A stretch of DNA of 58,111 bases. It comes from a virus (lineage: Duplodnaviria > Caudoviricetes). Position numbers and translations under genes: made by a program. This document shows positions 25,919 through 34,553 of this stretch, in pieces (position 1 is the first letter of the stretch; each line of letters opens with the position of its first letter). The stretch lies in the IMG/VR virus record IMGVR_UViG_3300025141_000107, positions 1-58,111 of that record; one strand, given 5' to 3'. The notes under the pieces are model-generated. The model did not search any database. It had not been told where the DNA came from and was given only the letters and a program-made list of their open reading frames with translations.

Positions 25919-26088
25919 TGAGTTTGAAAGTGAATGACAGTGTCCGTCATGTTGAATATCCAGATCAGTGCGGAATAGTTGTCGCAGTGACTAAGAGGTG
26001 GCCGTCAGGACCTCCAGTGATCCTAGTTAAGTGGGGGAAGTCCAATGACTGCTCTCGGCACATTCCTAGTGCATTGAGGCTCGTGTAG
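25918..26088 (+). CDS. MKVGDLV-like small protein
   Basis: LKVNDSV..GIVV..VKW..SRHIP. Confidence 0.7.
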   Translation: MSLKVNDSVRHVEYPDQCGIVVAVTKRWPSGPPVILVKWGKSNDCSRHIPSALRLV

Positions 26089-26136
26089 CTATTAGCAGTC
26101 AATGGTATAATAGAAGTACCAATCAAGGAAGATTCA

Positions 26137-26307
26137 ATGATTAAGTACCAAGTACACTTTGAGAAGCCAACCTGCAAAGGTATCAAGCGTGGCATCCGCA
26201 CAATCAAGGCACGTAACGAAGCAGAGGCAATCATCAAGTGCAAGTCAGTGGTTGCCAATAGCTTCGGACACTGGGTTAACCGTCTTGCAAATGAGGTGGC
26301 AGTATGA
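26137..26307 (+). CDS. Small early protein, paralog of 20852-21034 (not in ORF track)
   Basis: MIKYQVHFE...SFGHWVNRLANEVAV*. Confidence 0.85.
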   Translation: MIKYQVHFEKPTCKGIKRGIRTIKARNEAEAIIKCKSVVANSFGHWVNRLANEVAV

Positions 26308-26546
26308 AGATAGGAGACAAGGTAGTTCACGTGGACAGGCTCGACCTCATCGGTCGGGTGGTCGCAAAGCAGAGCAAGGCACTCGGCGAAGGCATCACGG
26401 TACTGTGGGAGAAGAGCCTTAGGAATCCTGACGCAATCCCGCTGGTGAACGGTCGACGCACGTCCCATCACCACTGGAGCACTCTCACAAAGGTGGTGAC
26501 CAGGTCGCAAGACACATGTAAGTTTGGCCAACCTGTGGTACAATAG
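26304..26546 (+). CDS. MKVGDLV-family protein
   Basis: MKIGDKV; GAGGTG RBS. Confidence 0.8.
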   Translation: MKIGDKVVHVDRLDLIGRVVAKQSKALGEGITVLWEKSLRNPDAIPLVNGRRTSHHHWSTLTKVVTRSQDTCKFGQPVVQ

Positions 26547-26564
26547 TACCACCAAGGAGATACA

Positions 26565-26744
26565 ATGAAGTATACCATCAAGAAGTTCAACGGCGACGAT
26601 CAATACAGCTGGGCTGTATTCCGCAAAGCTGACGTGAAAGGGATGCGGAGCCCGATCTTTTACGGTCAGGCGACGCCGATCATCAACGGTCTCGATCAAT
26701 ATGAGGCGCGGTACCACAGAGATCGCTTGGAGAAGATAGCATGA
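26565..26744 (+). CDS. Small early protein (59 aa, not in ORF track)
   Basis: AAGGAG RBS; MKYTIKKFNGDDQYSWAVF. Confidence 0.75.
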   Translation: MKYTIKKFNGDDQYSWAVFRKADVKGMRSPIFYGQATPIINGLDQYEARYHRDRLEKIA

Positions 26745-26959
26745 AAGCTGGAGACCTGATTCACATGCCTGGCCAGACCCTGGCAAAGGGAGAGATCCCG
26801 AGCTTGGGCATTGTCATTGATGACGTCCCTCAGTTCAGGCACAAGCACAGCACTCGAGGACGCATCGGCATAATGTGGGTGGAAAACTGGGGCAAAGTAG
26901 ATTATGAGCCAAAAGATTGGCTGGAGGTGGTAAGTGAAGCTATTCCTGTGGAAGCTTAG
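26741..26959 (+). CDS. MKVGDLV-family protein
   Basis: MKAGDLI...LEVVSE. Confidence 0.8.
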   Translation: MKAGDLIHMPGQTLAKGEIPSLGIVIDDVPQFRHKHSTRGRIGIMWVENWGKVDYEPKDWLEVVSEAIPVEA

Positions 26960-27239
26960 TCAAGACGTCAACAACGATTACGACACGTACAGCGATGCAG
27001 TCGTGGTGTCAAGTAACCCGGTTGCTGCCAAGCGGATCCATCCGAGCGTTGATAGCCAGACAGGTGAGATGATGTTCCGGTATGTCGAGGACAAAGGGTG
27101 GCATTGGGTCCATGACGGAGCTCACTATGGCAATAGCGGCTGGGCTGAGCCAAAGGACATCCAGGTTACGTGTGTCGGTGAGGCAGCTGCCTGGCTGGGC
27201 GAAGGCGGCGTGGTATGTTCGTCCTTTCATGCTGGGTAG
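26934..27239 (+). CDS. Hypothetical phage protein
   Basis: YDTYSDAVV...VVCSSFHAG; GAGGTG RBS. Confidence 0.8.
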   Translation: MKLFLWKLSQDVNNDYDTYSDAVVVSSNPVAAKRIHPSVDSQTGEMMFRYVEDKGWHWVHDGAHYGNSGWAEPKDIQVTCVGEAAAWLGEGGVVCSSFHAG

Positions 27240-27243
27240 AGAA

Positions 27244-27420
27244 ATGCACACGATAAGAGTGCTGATCACACCGCAAGAACATCCTGATGGAGAACAGTGG
27301 GTGACACACACATTCAGTGAACATGAGCTAGACGACATGCTCGCGAATATCAGGTACTGGGAGTCGATGAACATTCCCTTCGAACACACGTACGAACGTG
27401 TAACACCGAGGCCAATGTAG
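27244..27420 (+). CDS. Small early protein
   Basis: Runs into promoter 27397. Confidence 0.6.
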   Translation: MHTIRVLITPQEHPDGEQWVTHTFSEHELDDMLANIRYWESMNIPFEHTYERVTPRPM

Positions 27421-27451
27421 TATAATAGTATCACCAACCAAGGAGGCCCAC

Positions 27452-27715
27452 GTGGCTATCAAAACTTACCGCTGCCGCTTTTTCCCAAATCACGCACCCA
27501 CCCCTGGGCGAGGAGAGCTTGCTGAGTATCTCGTCCCCGTTGAGTGGTGGGCATACGCCGACGACCGGCTGGACGCACGCGGTCCGGCTGAACTGACCAA
27601 GGCACAGGTTGAGGTCAAGGCCTACAGTCCAGAGGAAGCCAGAAAGCTGGTGGTCCGGGAGTGGGGTGACTACGGCCGAGTCGGTACCGCCGTCGCGCAG
27701 GAGGTGGCAGCATGA
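27452..27715 (+). CDS. Hypothetical early protein
   Basis: Promoter plus AAGGAGG RBS. Confidence 0.8.
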   Translation: MAIKTYRCRFFPNHAPTPGRGELAEYLVPVEWWAYADDRLDARGPAELTKAQVEVKAYSPEEARKLVVREWGDYGRVGTAVAQEVAA

Positions 27716-27816
27716 AGTACTACTGTAGATTCTGCGGAGTCGAGTCACATAAGCCAGACTGGGTGCAGGGCATCTGTCCAAGATGCGGCACAAGAATCCC
27801 ACCGAAGGAGTGGTAG
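27712..27816 (+). CDS. Tiny zinc-ribbon protein (34 aa)
   Basis: CRFC...CPRC; GGAGGTG RBS. Confidence 0.7.
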   Translation: MKYYCRFCGVESHKPDWVQGICPRCGTRIPPKEW

Positions 27817-27817
27817 A

Positions 27818-28048
27818 ATGAATCCATGGATTGACGTTTTCGGGTGGTGCCTCGTCATTGCTTGCATCATCTTCCTCAGGTATGAGATACCTAGGGCAGC
27901 TCGTGAGATCAGAAAGATACTCAGCGAATCTCAGGCAGTGCAACAGCACATTAGTCGAGGGCAGATGGCGTGTCCCACATGTGGTGTGGCCAGGGAGCCC
28001 GGCGACCCGTTGCATGGTGGATTCCGATGCGCCTGCTGGCAACTGTAA
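27818..28048 (+). CDS. Small membrane protein with C-terminal Cys cluster
   Basis: N-terminal TM; CPTC..CAC. Confidence 0.7.
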   Translation: MNPWIDVFGWCLVIACIIFLRYEIPRAAREIRKILSESQAVQQHISRGQMACPTCGVAREPGDPLHGGFRCACWQL

Positions 28049-28106
28049 GCCCGTGCAACTATCATATACAGATGGTATAATAGATAGGTAATCAAGGAGA
28101 TTATTC

Positions 28107-28556
28107 ATGACTCTCACTCCCTGCGAACTTGGCCTCCTCTCCAACACCGACGTCCTGGGTTACATCCGGGCGCAGAACGCCGCGCGCAACGCGCAGGCAA
28201 TTGCAGAAGGCTGGCAGTTCTGGACGCTCATGGCAGAGGAGCTTGCTGAGGAGCACACCAATGTCTATGAGCTGGAGCTCCGATTCGCTCGCGGCACGTA
28301 CAGTGACGTGTACAAGGAGTGGTGCGGGTGCCGTCCCTCCATCAACCGGGAACTCACCCTGGCGCAGCTGGAGGTGGAGATTGGCCGCATGTCTGACATG
28401 GCAGCGGCGGCGTACAAGGAAGAGCTGGAGTGGCAGGCAGAGCAGGACCGCAAGGACCGCGAGGACATCGCCCTGGGCGTGACACCTCCCACGCCAGGCA
28501 CGGAGCTGGAGCAGTGGGAAATCTACGAGGCCAAGGCCGAAGAGGCTGGGTACTAA
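28107..28556 (+). CDS. Hypothetical early protein
   Basis: Promoter plus AAGGAG; YSDVYKEWCGCRP motif. Confidence 0.8.
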   Translation: MTLTPCELGLLSNTDVLGYIRAQNAARNAQAIAEGWQFWTLMAEELAEEHTNVYELELRFARGTYSDVYKEWCGCRPSINRELTLAQLEVEIGRMSDMAAAAYKEELEWQAEQDRKDREDIALGVTPPTPGTELEQWEIYEAKAEEAGY

Positions 28557-28623
28557 GTTGGAAGTCGTGCAGGTCTCGCAGCCTAATGGTATAATATAGA
28601 TGTCAGCTAAGGAGTGTGACACA

Positions 28624-28737
28624 ATGTTTGATTTCGATCCAGCGGAAGCTTGGATATTTGGATTCCTGGGAACTATGGGATCACTCGCCCTGGCGATGGG
28701 TTTCGCGGCACTATCTAGCGGAGGATGTCTGTCATGA
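28624..28737 (+). CDS. Tiny membrane protein
   Basis: AAGGAG RBS; hydrophobic core. Confidence 0.55.
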   Translation: MFDFDPAEAWIFGFLGTMGSLALAMGFAALSSGGCLS

Positions 28738-28862
28738 CGTTTTCATTCGCATTCTTTCTTGCTTCAGTATCACTCTGGGGCATCGCAATTGGTTACGGAG
28801 TCCCGTCTTTCATTGACTGGACCCAACGCAAAGTCGCTGAGATGGAGGCAGACAATGCTTAA
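28734..28862 (+). CDS. Tiny membrane protein
   Basis: GGAGG RBS; ATGA overlap. Confidence 0.55.
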   Translation: MTFSFAFFLASVSLWGIAIGYGVPSFIDWTQRKVAEMEADNA

Positions 28863-29088
28863 AGCAGGAGATTTGGTCACTTACGTTCGACCCCACCCAG
28901 ACGAGGTCGGCCTCGTTCACCGAGTGACAGCAGTCATGGAGGACGACGACGGTATATGGGTGCACCTGGATGAGGAGCCACCCGACTCAACTGGTGGGCC
29001 GGTTGAGATTGAGCCAGGCATCTACGGAGGCTGCGGCGGATGGGAACAGTTGCACCAGTTCAAGCTCGTGGAGGAAGACAATGCTTAG
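28855..29088 (+). CDS. MKVGDLV-like protein
   Basis: MLKAGDLV; GGAGG RBS. Confidence 0.75.
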   Translation: MLKAGDLVTYVRPHPDEVGLVHRVTAVMEDDDGIWVHLDEEPPDSTGGPVEIEPGIYGGCGGWEQLHQFKLVEEDNA

Positions 29089-29323
29089 TGTGGGAGACAC
29101 AGTCGAATACAAAGGCTACAGAGGTCGCGTCAGTGAGCTCATCGGTCACGGTGTGGTCAAGGTCCGCTGGGAGGACGGAGCTGAAGGTGAAGCCGCGGAG
29201 CAGCAGATGACGAAGGTCTACCAGACGAATCGTTTCAACTTCATCCTCTTCAAGAACTACGATGGCTCGGTGACGTCGAAGACGATTCCTCGCGTCACAT
29301 ACAACAAGTTGTTCGCCCAGTAA
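29081..29323 (+). CDS. MKVGDLV-like protein
   Basis: MLSVGDTV..VKVRWEDG. Confidence 0.75.
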   Translation: MLSVGDTVEYKGYRGRVSELIGHGVVKVRWEDGAEGEAAEQQMTKVYQTNRFNFILFKNYDGSVTSKTIPRVTYNKLFAQ

Positions 29324-29361
29324 CGTGTAGCTATCAGCTACTAATGGTATAATATATACAC

Positions 29362-29381
29362 GGAAGGAAAGGATTCCTTCC
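29362..29381 (+). promoter_or_regulatory. 5'-UTR hairpin GGAAGGAA-AGGA-TTCCTTCC
   Basis: Twin of 24236-24254. Confidence 0.7.
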
Positions 29382-29407
29382 AAACCCCCGATTCAAGGAG
29401 AATCACC

Positions 29408-29803
29408 ATGGCTACAGCCAACGCAAAGTACGAATTCGATATCACTGACTCCGAGGTCCTCGCACCTCATCCGAAGTCCGGCCTCGCAACCCTGGTTGTG
29501 CAGGGTGTTTGCACCAACGCTGATGGCGTCAGCTTTGACTTCATCGCTGTCAACAACCTTGACCAGCGCTACCCGGAACGGTTCAAGGTGAACTGGAACG
29601 GTTCCAAGGCTCGTATGCCCGAGGTGGTCGGTCACGGCCTGGCGGATGATGTCCGCGCCGGTCGCTCGGTCTCGGCTGACCTTTACTTCACACGGGGCGC
29701 GCGCATTGCGATCGCTAAGAAGTGCATCACGCTCTTCCCGCTGTGGAAGCAGCAGGCCGGCGCTATCGGTGAGGAAGCTGCTGAGGAAACTGACGCAAGC
29801 TAG
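29408..29803 (+). CDS. Early protein, paralog of 24280
   Basis: FTRGARIAIA; AAGGAG RBS. Confidence 0.8.
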   Translation: MATANAKYEFDITDSEVLAPHPKSGLATLVVQGVCTNADGVSFDFIAVNNLDQRYPERFKVNWNGSKARMPEVVGHGLADDVRAGRSVSADLYFTRGARIAIAKKCITLFPLWKQQAGAIGEEAAEETDAS

Positions 29804-29903
29804 AACGTAGGCTGGGCCGCTTCCGGTAACCAATCCGGACCCCCAGCCTCACTTGGCCGTCCCGGTGTACAACCGGGGCGGTCGTCTTTATAATGTTCAA
29901 CAT

Positions 29904-29979
29904 GCGCCCTTAGCTCAGCGGATAGAGCATTGGCCTTCTAAGCCAAGGGTCGGAGGTTCGAATCCTCCAGGGCGTGCCA
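29904..29979 (+). tRNA. tRNA-Arg(UCU)
   Basis: GCGCCCT/AGGGCGT acceptor, TTGGC-CTTCTAA-GCCAA, TTCGAAT, CCA. Confidence 0.95.
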
Positions 29980-30038
29980 TCTTCTCAACGTGCAGCTATC
30001 AGTCAAGAGTGGTATAATAGTATCACCAAGGAGGTATC

Positions 30039-30203
30039 ATGAAAGGTATCATCGCAGCAATCGCTTCCCTCGTAATCCCCGGCCTCGGCCAGCTCATTCT
30101 AGGTGAGTGGACCCTCGCCGCCATCTGGTTCTTCCTGGGATTCTGTTTTCCCGGTATTGCGAACATCCTGTCCGCAGTCCACGCTCTAATGCTTACCGAC
30201 TAA
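30039..30203 (+). CDS. Small membrane protein (TM2-like)
   Basis: AAIASLVIPGLGQ; promoter plus AAGGAGGT. Confidence 0.75.
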   Translation: MKGIIAAIASLVIPGLGQLILGEWTLAAIWFFLGFCFPGIANILSAVHALMLTD

Positions 30204-30213
30204 GGAGTCAGTT

Positions 30214-30363
30214 ATGCGTTTCGATATCTATGTGGGTCGTACCCTCTATGTAAGCACCCTGAATATTGACGAGGCCTTTCGCGTCTTTCGTCTCCACATC
30301 GGCCAGGGCAATAACGTCAAGCTTAAGTTCATCCCGCTAGCTGGCAATCAGCAGGCGGCATAA
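30214..30363 (+). CDS. Small protein (49 aa)
   Basis: AAGGAG RBS. Confidence 0.6.
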   Translation: MRFDIYVGRTLYVSTLNIDEAFRVFRLHIGQGNNVKLKFIPLAGNQQAA

Positions 30364-30578
30364 ACCTAAACATTCAGAGTAGGGTGTATAGTATACCCTC
30401 TTAACACAAGCGCGAAGGAGCGTATCATGGTAGTAGCAACAGTATTCGTAATAGTCACAGGATCCCTTTGGACAATGATGTTCGGAGTCATGGGGATCGC
30501 ACTCATTCAGTCGTAGGAAGACGTGCAGGGTGCACGCTCCAGGGATATAATAAGAGAGTCATCAACAAGGAGCATGAC

Positions 30579-30800
30579 ATGAACGACAGCACCCCCACAA
30601 CCCAGACCCTCCGCCGGCTCAAGACCCAGATGAAGGCAATCCGCCTGGCTTCCCGCCTCCTCGAGGAACGGGGTGCCGGTGGCAACAGCACCTGGCAGGA
30701 GCTCTCCAACGAGCTGCAGCGGCTCAAGGCGGAGTACCGGTACCTCACCTACGAGGAGAACCACGGTAGCCTGGCAGCAGAGATGGTTGTCGGCTGCTAA
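30579..30800 (+). CDS. Hypothetical early protein
   Basis: Promoter 30522 plus AAGGAG. Confidence 0.75.
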   Translation: MNDSTPTTQTLRRLKTQMKAIRLASRLLEERGAGGNSTWQELSNELQRLKAEYRYLTYEENHGSLAAEMVVGC

Positions 30801-31200
30801 CCCCAGGACCTCTCTAGGGGCCCCCTCCAGCCTAAAACAAGGGCTAGGGCGGGCCCCTTCTTTTTGTCTTCTAAGGGCTGGGGAGGGGGCTACCTAAAAT
30901 CAGCTGAAAACAGCCTAGGGGGCCCGGAGCGCCCCCTCCAGGCCAGGGGGCCCCTGCAGGCTCAGCCCAGGGCTAGGGCCCATCCAGGGCTGCCTAAGTG
31001 CTCTCGCAGTTTTCTGAAATTTTCAAAAGTTTTTGCTACGTCTCTTCAGTCATAGTGCTGAACTCTGATCTTTATCATGCCCTAGACTACTTCTTGAGCA
31101 ACATACATGACGAGACACGTGGTAGTTGAAAAACTGGGCGCAGATGAAAAAAAGAAATGTAATCATTCTTGAAAAAAATTCCGGAGAAATTTTCAAAACT
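30801..31200. other. GC-rich palindromic segment followed by A/T tracts; candidate terminus, packaging or origin site
   Basis: Repeated CTAGGG, GGGCCC and CCCCCTCCAG, then TTTTCTGAAATTTTCAAAAG-type tracts. Confidence 0.45.
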
Positions 31201-31402
31201 ATTCTGGGTTAACTTTTTGACCTGTGTCCGTAAGATATTCTTGCATGAAGGACTCATCATATCCTGAGACTGTGGAGAGCACATCACTTGCTCTGTTGTC
31301 AGGTTTAAGTGCACCAATTTTAACAAGGAAGAATATGGAGACAATCATACCAGTAAGCATCCAAACCAGAGCTGTTTCTAGCATTGTTTCTACCTGGTGC
31401 AA
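31199..31402 (-). CDS. Small membrane protein
   Basis: One TM segment; GGGG RBS-like. Confidence 0.5.
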   Translation of the reverse strand: MHQVETMLETALVWMLTGMIVSIFFLVKIGALKPDNRASDVLSTVSGYDESFMQEYLTDTGQKVNPE

Positions 31403-31568
31403 TGTATTCCCCTATATTTTAGGTATATCACTAGGAAAAATTATATAAAGTGTAACCAGACATAACGTAGACAATCTGTACTAGCAAAACTTTCACAAAA
31501 TTCCAAAAGAAATTTTCCGAATCTTTTGTATAGTTATAGAGGTAACTCATCGCAAAGGGTAATATAAG

Positions 31569-32186
31569 ATGCGCATCAATAGAGACCAGCTTCTGTCAAT
31601 TATCCTTGATGAGGCTAAAAAGATTAAAAAAAGTGAAACTGACGCGAAGAGCAGTGCGATCACGGGAATAGTCAACAAGTATGATAAGAACAGCAATAAA
31701 ACAGTTGACTGGGACGAGATGGCAGACCTCATGGGTGATGTGATGACAGGAAAGATGACATCAGCTCGCGCGAGGACCACACAGGGAAAATCCAAAAAGG
31801 AGACAAAGGTAGAAATGAAAATCTCACAAAAAGAACTTAGGGGCATACTCGACGAGGCCATGATGTCCTTGATTCAGGAAAAAAGGGCCATGAGAGAGGA
31901 GTACGGAAAGGACTTTCTGTCCAGTACACACCCAGACGGACACGGCGAGGAGAGAGACCCTGAGCTGGACTTTGCCGGCGAGACGCTGGACCTCGACGAG
32001 GATAGCGGTTCTGAGGAAGGCTCCCACTATCGCAAGAATAGGAGAGCTGACCGCCAACACCTCAGGGATCTCGAGAAAGATATGCGTTACGACCGCGAGC
32101 ACATCAAATCCGAGTCCGGAAGATATGCGTTAAGGCGCGCTATAATAAGCATCCTATCTGAAGACTTAAAGGGGAAGACACTATGA
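31569..32186 (+). CDS. Leader-bearing protein with two leaders and an EF-hand-like loop
   Basis: MRINRDQLLSIILDE; internal MKISQKELRGILDE; DKNSNKTVDWDE. Confidence 0.8.
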   Translation: MRINRDQLLSIILDEAKKIKKSETDAKSSAITGIVNKYDKNSNKTVDWDEMADLMGDVMTGKMTSARARTTQGKSKKETKVEMKISQKELRGILDEAMMSLIQEKRAMREEYGKDFLSSTHPDGHGEERDPELDFAGETLDLDEDSGSEEGSHYRKNRRADRQHLRDLEKDMRYDREHIKSESGRYALRRAIISILSEDLKGKTL

Positions 32187-32872
32187 GTAATTCTAAAGAT
32201 ACTTTTGACCGCGCAGCAATACGCAGTTTTTTCCGAGGTGACTGGAATGATGAGCCCGCGCGATCACGCACTGATCGAAGAATGCTCGCAGAGGCCGCTG
32301 AGGATCATAAGTTGCCTGCACTAGAGAGTTACCAGGTCAGTCGCCTGGCTGATGCTATAGTTACTGGCCTTATAGATCAATTCGACATCAATATGCCTAA
32401 AGGCAAAGACGGTAAGAAGTCAGATGAGGAGAAAGAGCTATTAGCACAGATCACGTATCACGTGGAAAAGTATACGGAATTGCCCGCGATAATCTACGAG
32501 CTAGCCATGGATACACAGGTCGAGCTAGGAGGAGACTGGGAGTATGACCAGGCTGGGAATCGCGTTAACGTTGATGACGCTGACGATGATGATCCCTGGG
32601 AGGACTATGATTTCGGACCTGATGCGCCAGAGCGTGCAGAGATGGTTGATATTGTAGCGGGTGCTGTGTGGGATGCTATTACTGATGGCGGCTGGACAGG
32701 TGAGTTCAATAGGGCTGAGCTGGACGACCTTGTTGATAATATGATAGCAGCTGCTGATCTAGACAAGGAAGCCTGGCACCAGGCAAATATTGATTTTGAA
32801 GAGATTAATGATAGAGTTAATGAGTTCAAGGATGATTACCAGGACGAGCTTTCTGGCGGTGGGTTAAAATAA
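32183..32872 (+). CDS. Acidic hypothetical protein
   Basis: ATGA overlap; 229 aa. Confidence 0.8.
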   Translation: MSNSKDTFDRAAIRSFFRGDWNDEPARSRTDRRMLAEAAEDHKLPALESYQVSRLADAIVTGLIDQFDINMPKGKDGKKSDEEKELLAQITYHVEKYTELPAIIYELAMDTQVELGGDWEYDQAGNRVNVDDADDDDPWEDYDFGPDAPERAEMVDIVAGAVWDAITDGGWTGEFNRAELDDLVDNMIAAADLDKEAWHQANIDFEEINDRVNEFKDDYQDELSGGGLK

Positions 32873-32890
32873 TAGAGGAATGATAAAATT

Positions 32891-33298
32891 ATGGAAATAG
32901 TTGTTTTAGTTAAAAATTTATTTGTTGATTTGCTTATTGTGCTGTGGGGAGTTGTCTCCGCCGTGCTAGAATTCGCTCTGAGCACTGCTCACTGGCTTCA
33001 CTTCGATGCACCGCGTGTCGAGGGGTTGCTGGTGGGTGTGTTCTTGGCCTGGGTGATGTCACGTAAGGACAGGCATCCGGTGCTCAAGGTGCTCTCTGCA
33101 CCGCTCCGCCTTGTTCTAGGTATCCTAGACCTCGTCTGGGACCACATAGTTGAATTCCTGTCCGATACCAAGGCTACAGTGCTGGGATTCCTCCAGCAGG
33201 GCTGGGGAGCTCTCACTGGACGGGTTAAAAGCGCCTGGGCCGGCATGCTCGGTTGTCTAGCGAGCATCCGTGACAGGCTGCGCGGAAAGAATAAGTGA
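32891..33298 (+). CDS. Membrane protein
   Basis: Hydrophobic and amphipathic helices. Confidence 0.75.
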   Translation: MEIVVLVKNLFVDLLIVLWGVVSAVLEFALSTAHWLHFDAPRVEGLLVGVFLAWVMSRKDRHPVLKVLSAPLRLVLGILDLVWDHIVEFLSDTKATVLGFLQQGWGALTGRVKSAWAGMLGCLASIRDRLRGKNK

Positions 33299-33927
33299 TA
33301 CTTAGCCACACTAAGCTTCGCTCACTTATTAGAGAGCAATTTTTTCTCCAGGTAACAGGTGAAGAGGAAGATTATGTCATTGATCCGCCTGACTCTACTG
33401 ATGCCTGGCACCCAAGTGATGTCGTACCCCTAGATGATGCATGGGCAGGGGGTGACAATATTGATACACCAGTCGATCACTCATATGTTGAAACTGGTGA
33501 GAGCAACGCTGGGAATCATTCTCCAATTGGTTTCTCAGGCGAGCCCGAACCGTTGGGCGATGATGAGCTAGAATTTTCTCCTTGTGATGGCACAAGTTTG
33601 GTGGACCTAGTTTTTCTCCGTGAAACGGATGGGGATCTTGTTACGCCTGAAGAAGCTCTTGTATCTGATGAGCTCATTGAGCCAGAAAGAGAGGCGATAG
33701 TCATTCAGATAAAAAATAGGATGGACGATGTGGGCATCAGTGGCGAAACTAAAGGTAGTATGCTCTCTCAAGTGGACAACGCTGATGAGTTTGAAGATCT
33801 AATTAGATTTATATTTGATGAAGCCGGACTTAACAATAGGCAGCTAGCCGGTGTCGCACTAAGCATAGCAAAAGATTTTCAGGAAAATCCCGATACTGCA
33901 GCAAGTCTCAGCACTTTTAATACATAA
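33295..33927 (+). CDS. Leader-bearing acidic protein
   Basis: MILSHTKLRSLIREQ. Confidence 0.8.
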   Translation: MILSHTKLRSLIREQFFLQVTGEEEDYVIDPPDSTDAWHPSDVVPLDDAWAGGDNIDTPVDHSYVETGESNAGNHSPIGFSGEPEPLGDDELEFSPCDGTSLVDLVFLRETDGDLVTPEEALVSDELIEPEREAIVIQIKNRMDDVGISGETKGSMLSQVDNADEFEDLIRFIFDEAGLNNRQLAGVALSIAKDFQENPDTAASLSTFNT

Positions 33928-33973
33928 AAATTTTTCTAAGCTAAGCTGCAGGTAATATTATGAAAATTAAACA

Positions 33974-34192
33974 GTGGATGGATCAGAGAGGGTTATCCTA
34001 TTCAGATCTTTTAAAGATAGGATTCTCAATGGGATTTCTCCTGGCGTTTGTCATAGTTATGCTTATAGGTGCAATTGGAGCATTGATATCATGACTATGA
34101 CACTTGATGAAGCGTTAAAAACATTGACACCGGAAGAACTAGTTGAGTATGAGGAGCTCATTGAGCTCTGGATAACATACGGTGGTGATTAA
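33974..34192 (+). CDS. Hypothetical protein
   Basis: Abuts the next gene. Confidence 0.6.
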   Translation: MDGSERVILFRSFKDRILNGISPGVCHSYAYRCNWSIDIMTMTLDEALKTLTPEELVEYEELIELWITYGGD

Positions 34193-34552
34193 ATGAAAAT
34201 AACACGCAGGCAATTAAGACAGTTAATAAATGAAGAGAGAACGCTTTTTGAGAATGAAGAGCGCGAGTCAGAACTTCGAGAATTCGCAAGGGGCCGCGGC
34301 GGGAATAACGTTCGCAAGTCAGGTGCAAAAATCGAGTCAGCTGCAAATCTTATTGAAGCCGAGGCAGAAATACAGACCGGAAAGATGAGAGAGACACTCT
34401 ATAATATTTCAGAGTTTGTTGCAAAGGTAGGATCAGCTCTCTCAGGATTAGGATCTCTCAATGAGGGTGACAATGAATCCATGGCTGAGAGTTTACCATC
34501 TATCCAAGAGCTTCGAAAGCTTAAGAAGAATATTGAAAAACTTGAGAGATAA
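34193..34552 (+). CDS. Leader-bearing protein
   Basis: MKITRRQLRQLINEERTLFE. Confidence 0.85.
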   Translation: MKITRRQLRQLINEERTLFENEERESELREFARGRGGNNVRKSGAKIESAANLIEAEAEIQTGKMRETLYNISEFVAKVGSALSGLGSLNEGDNESMAESLPSIQELRKLKKNIEKLER

Positions 34553-34553
34553 A

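Larger units (their letters stand above)
16490..30551 (+). promoter_or_regulatory. 24 copies of early-type promoter CGTG(T/C)An-N17-TATAAT, usually TGG-TATAAT
   Basis: Starts at 16490, 17479, 18034, 18997, 19413, 20172, 20516, 20798, 21455, 22687, 23286, 23853, 24198, 24718, 25160, 26082, 26515, 27397, 28052, 28566, 29324, 29864, 29989 and 30522; a few copies are degenerate; most are followed by a strong RBS. Confidence 0.9.

Noticed and set aside
25965-28622. Long minus-strand ORFs (273, 238 and 173 aa)
   Set aside because: They are antisense shadows of + strand genes that have promoters and RBSs in GC-rich DNA
30864-31055. 63-aa ORF in the GC-palindrome segment
   Set aside because: No RBS, TTG start and low-complexity sequence
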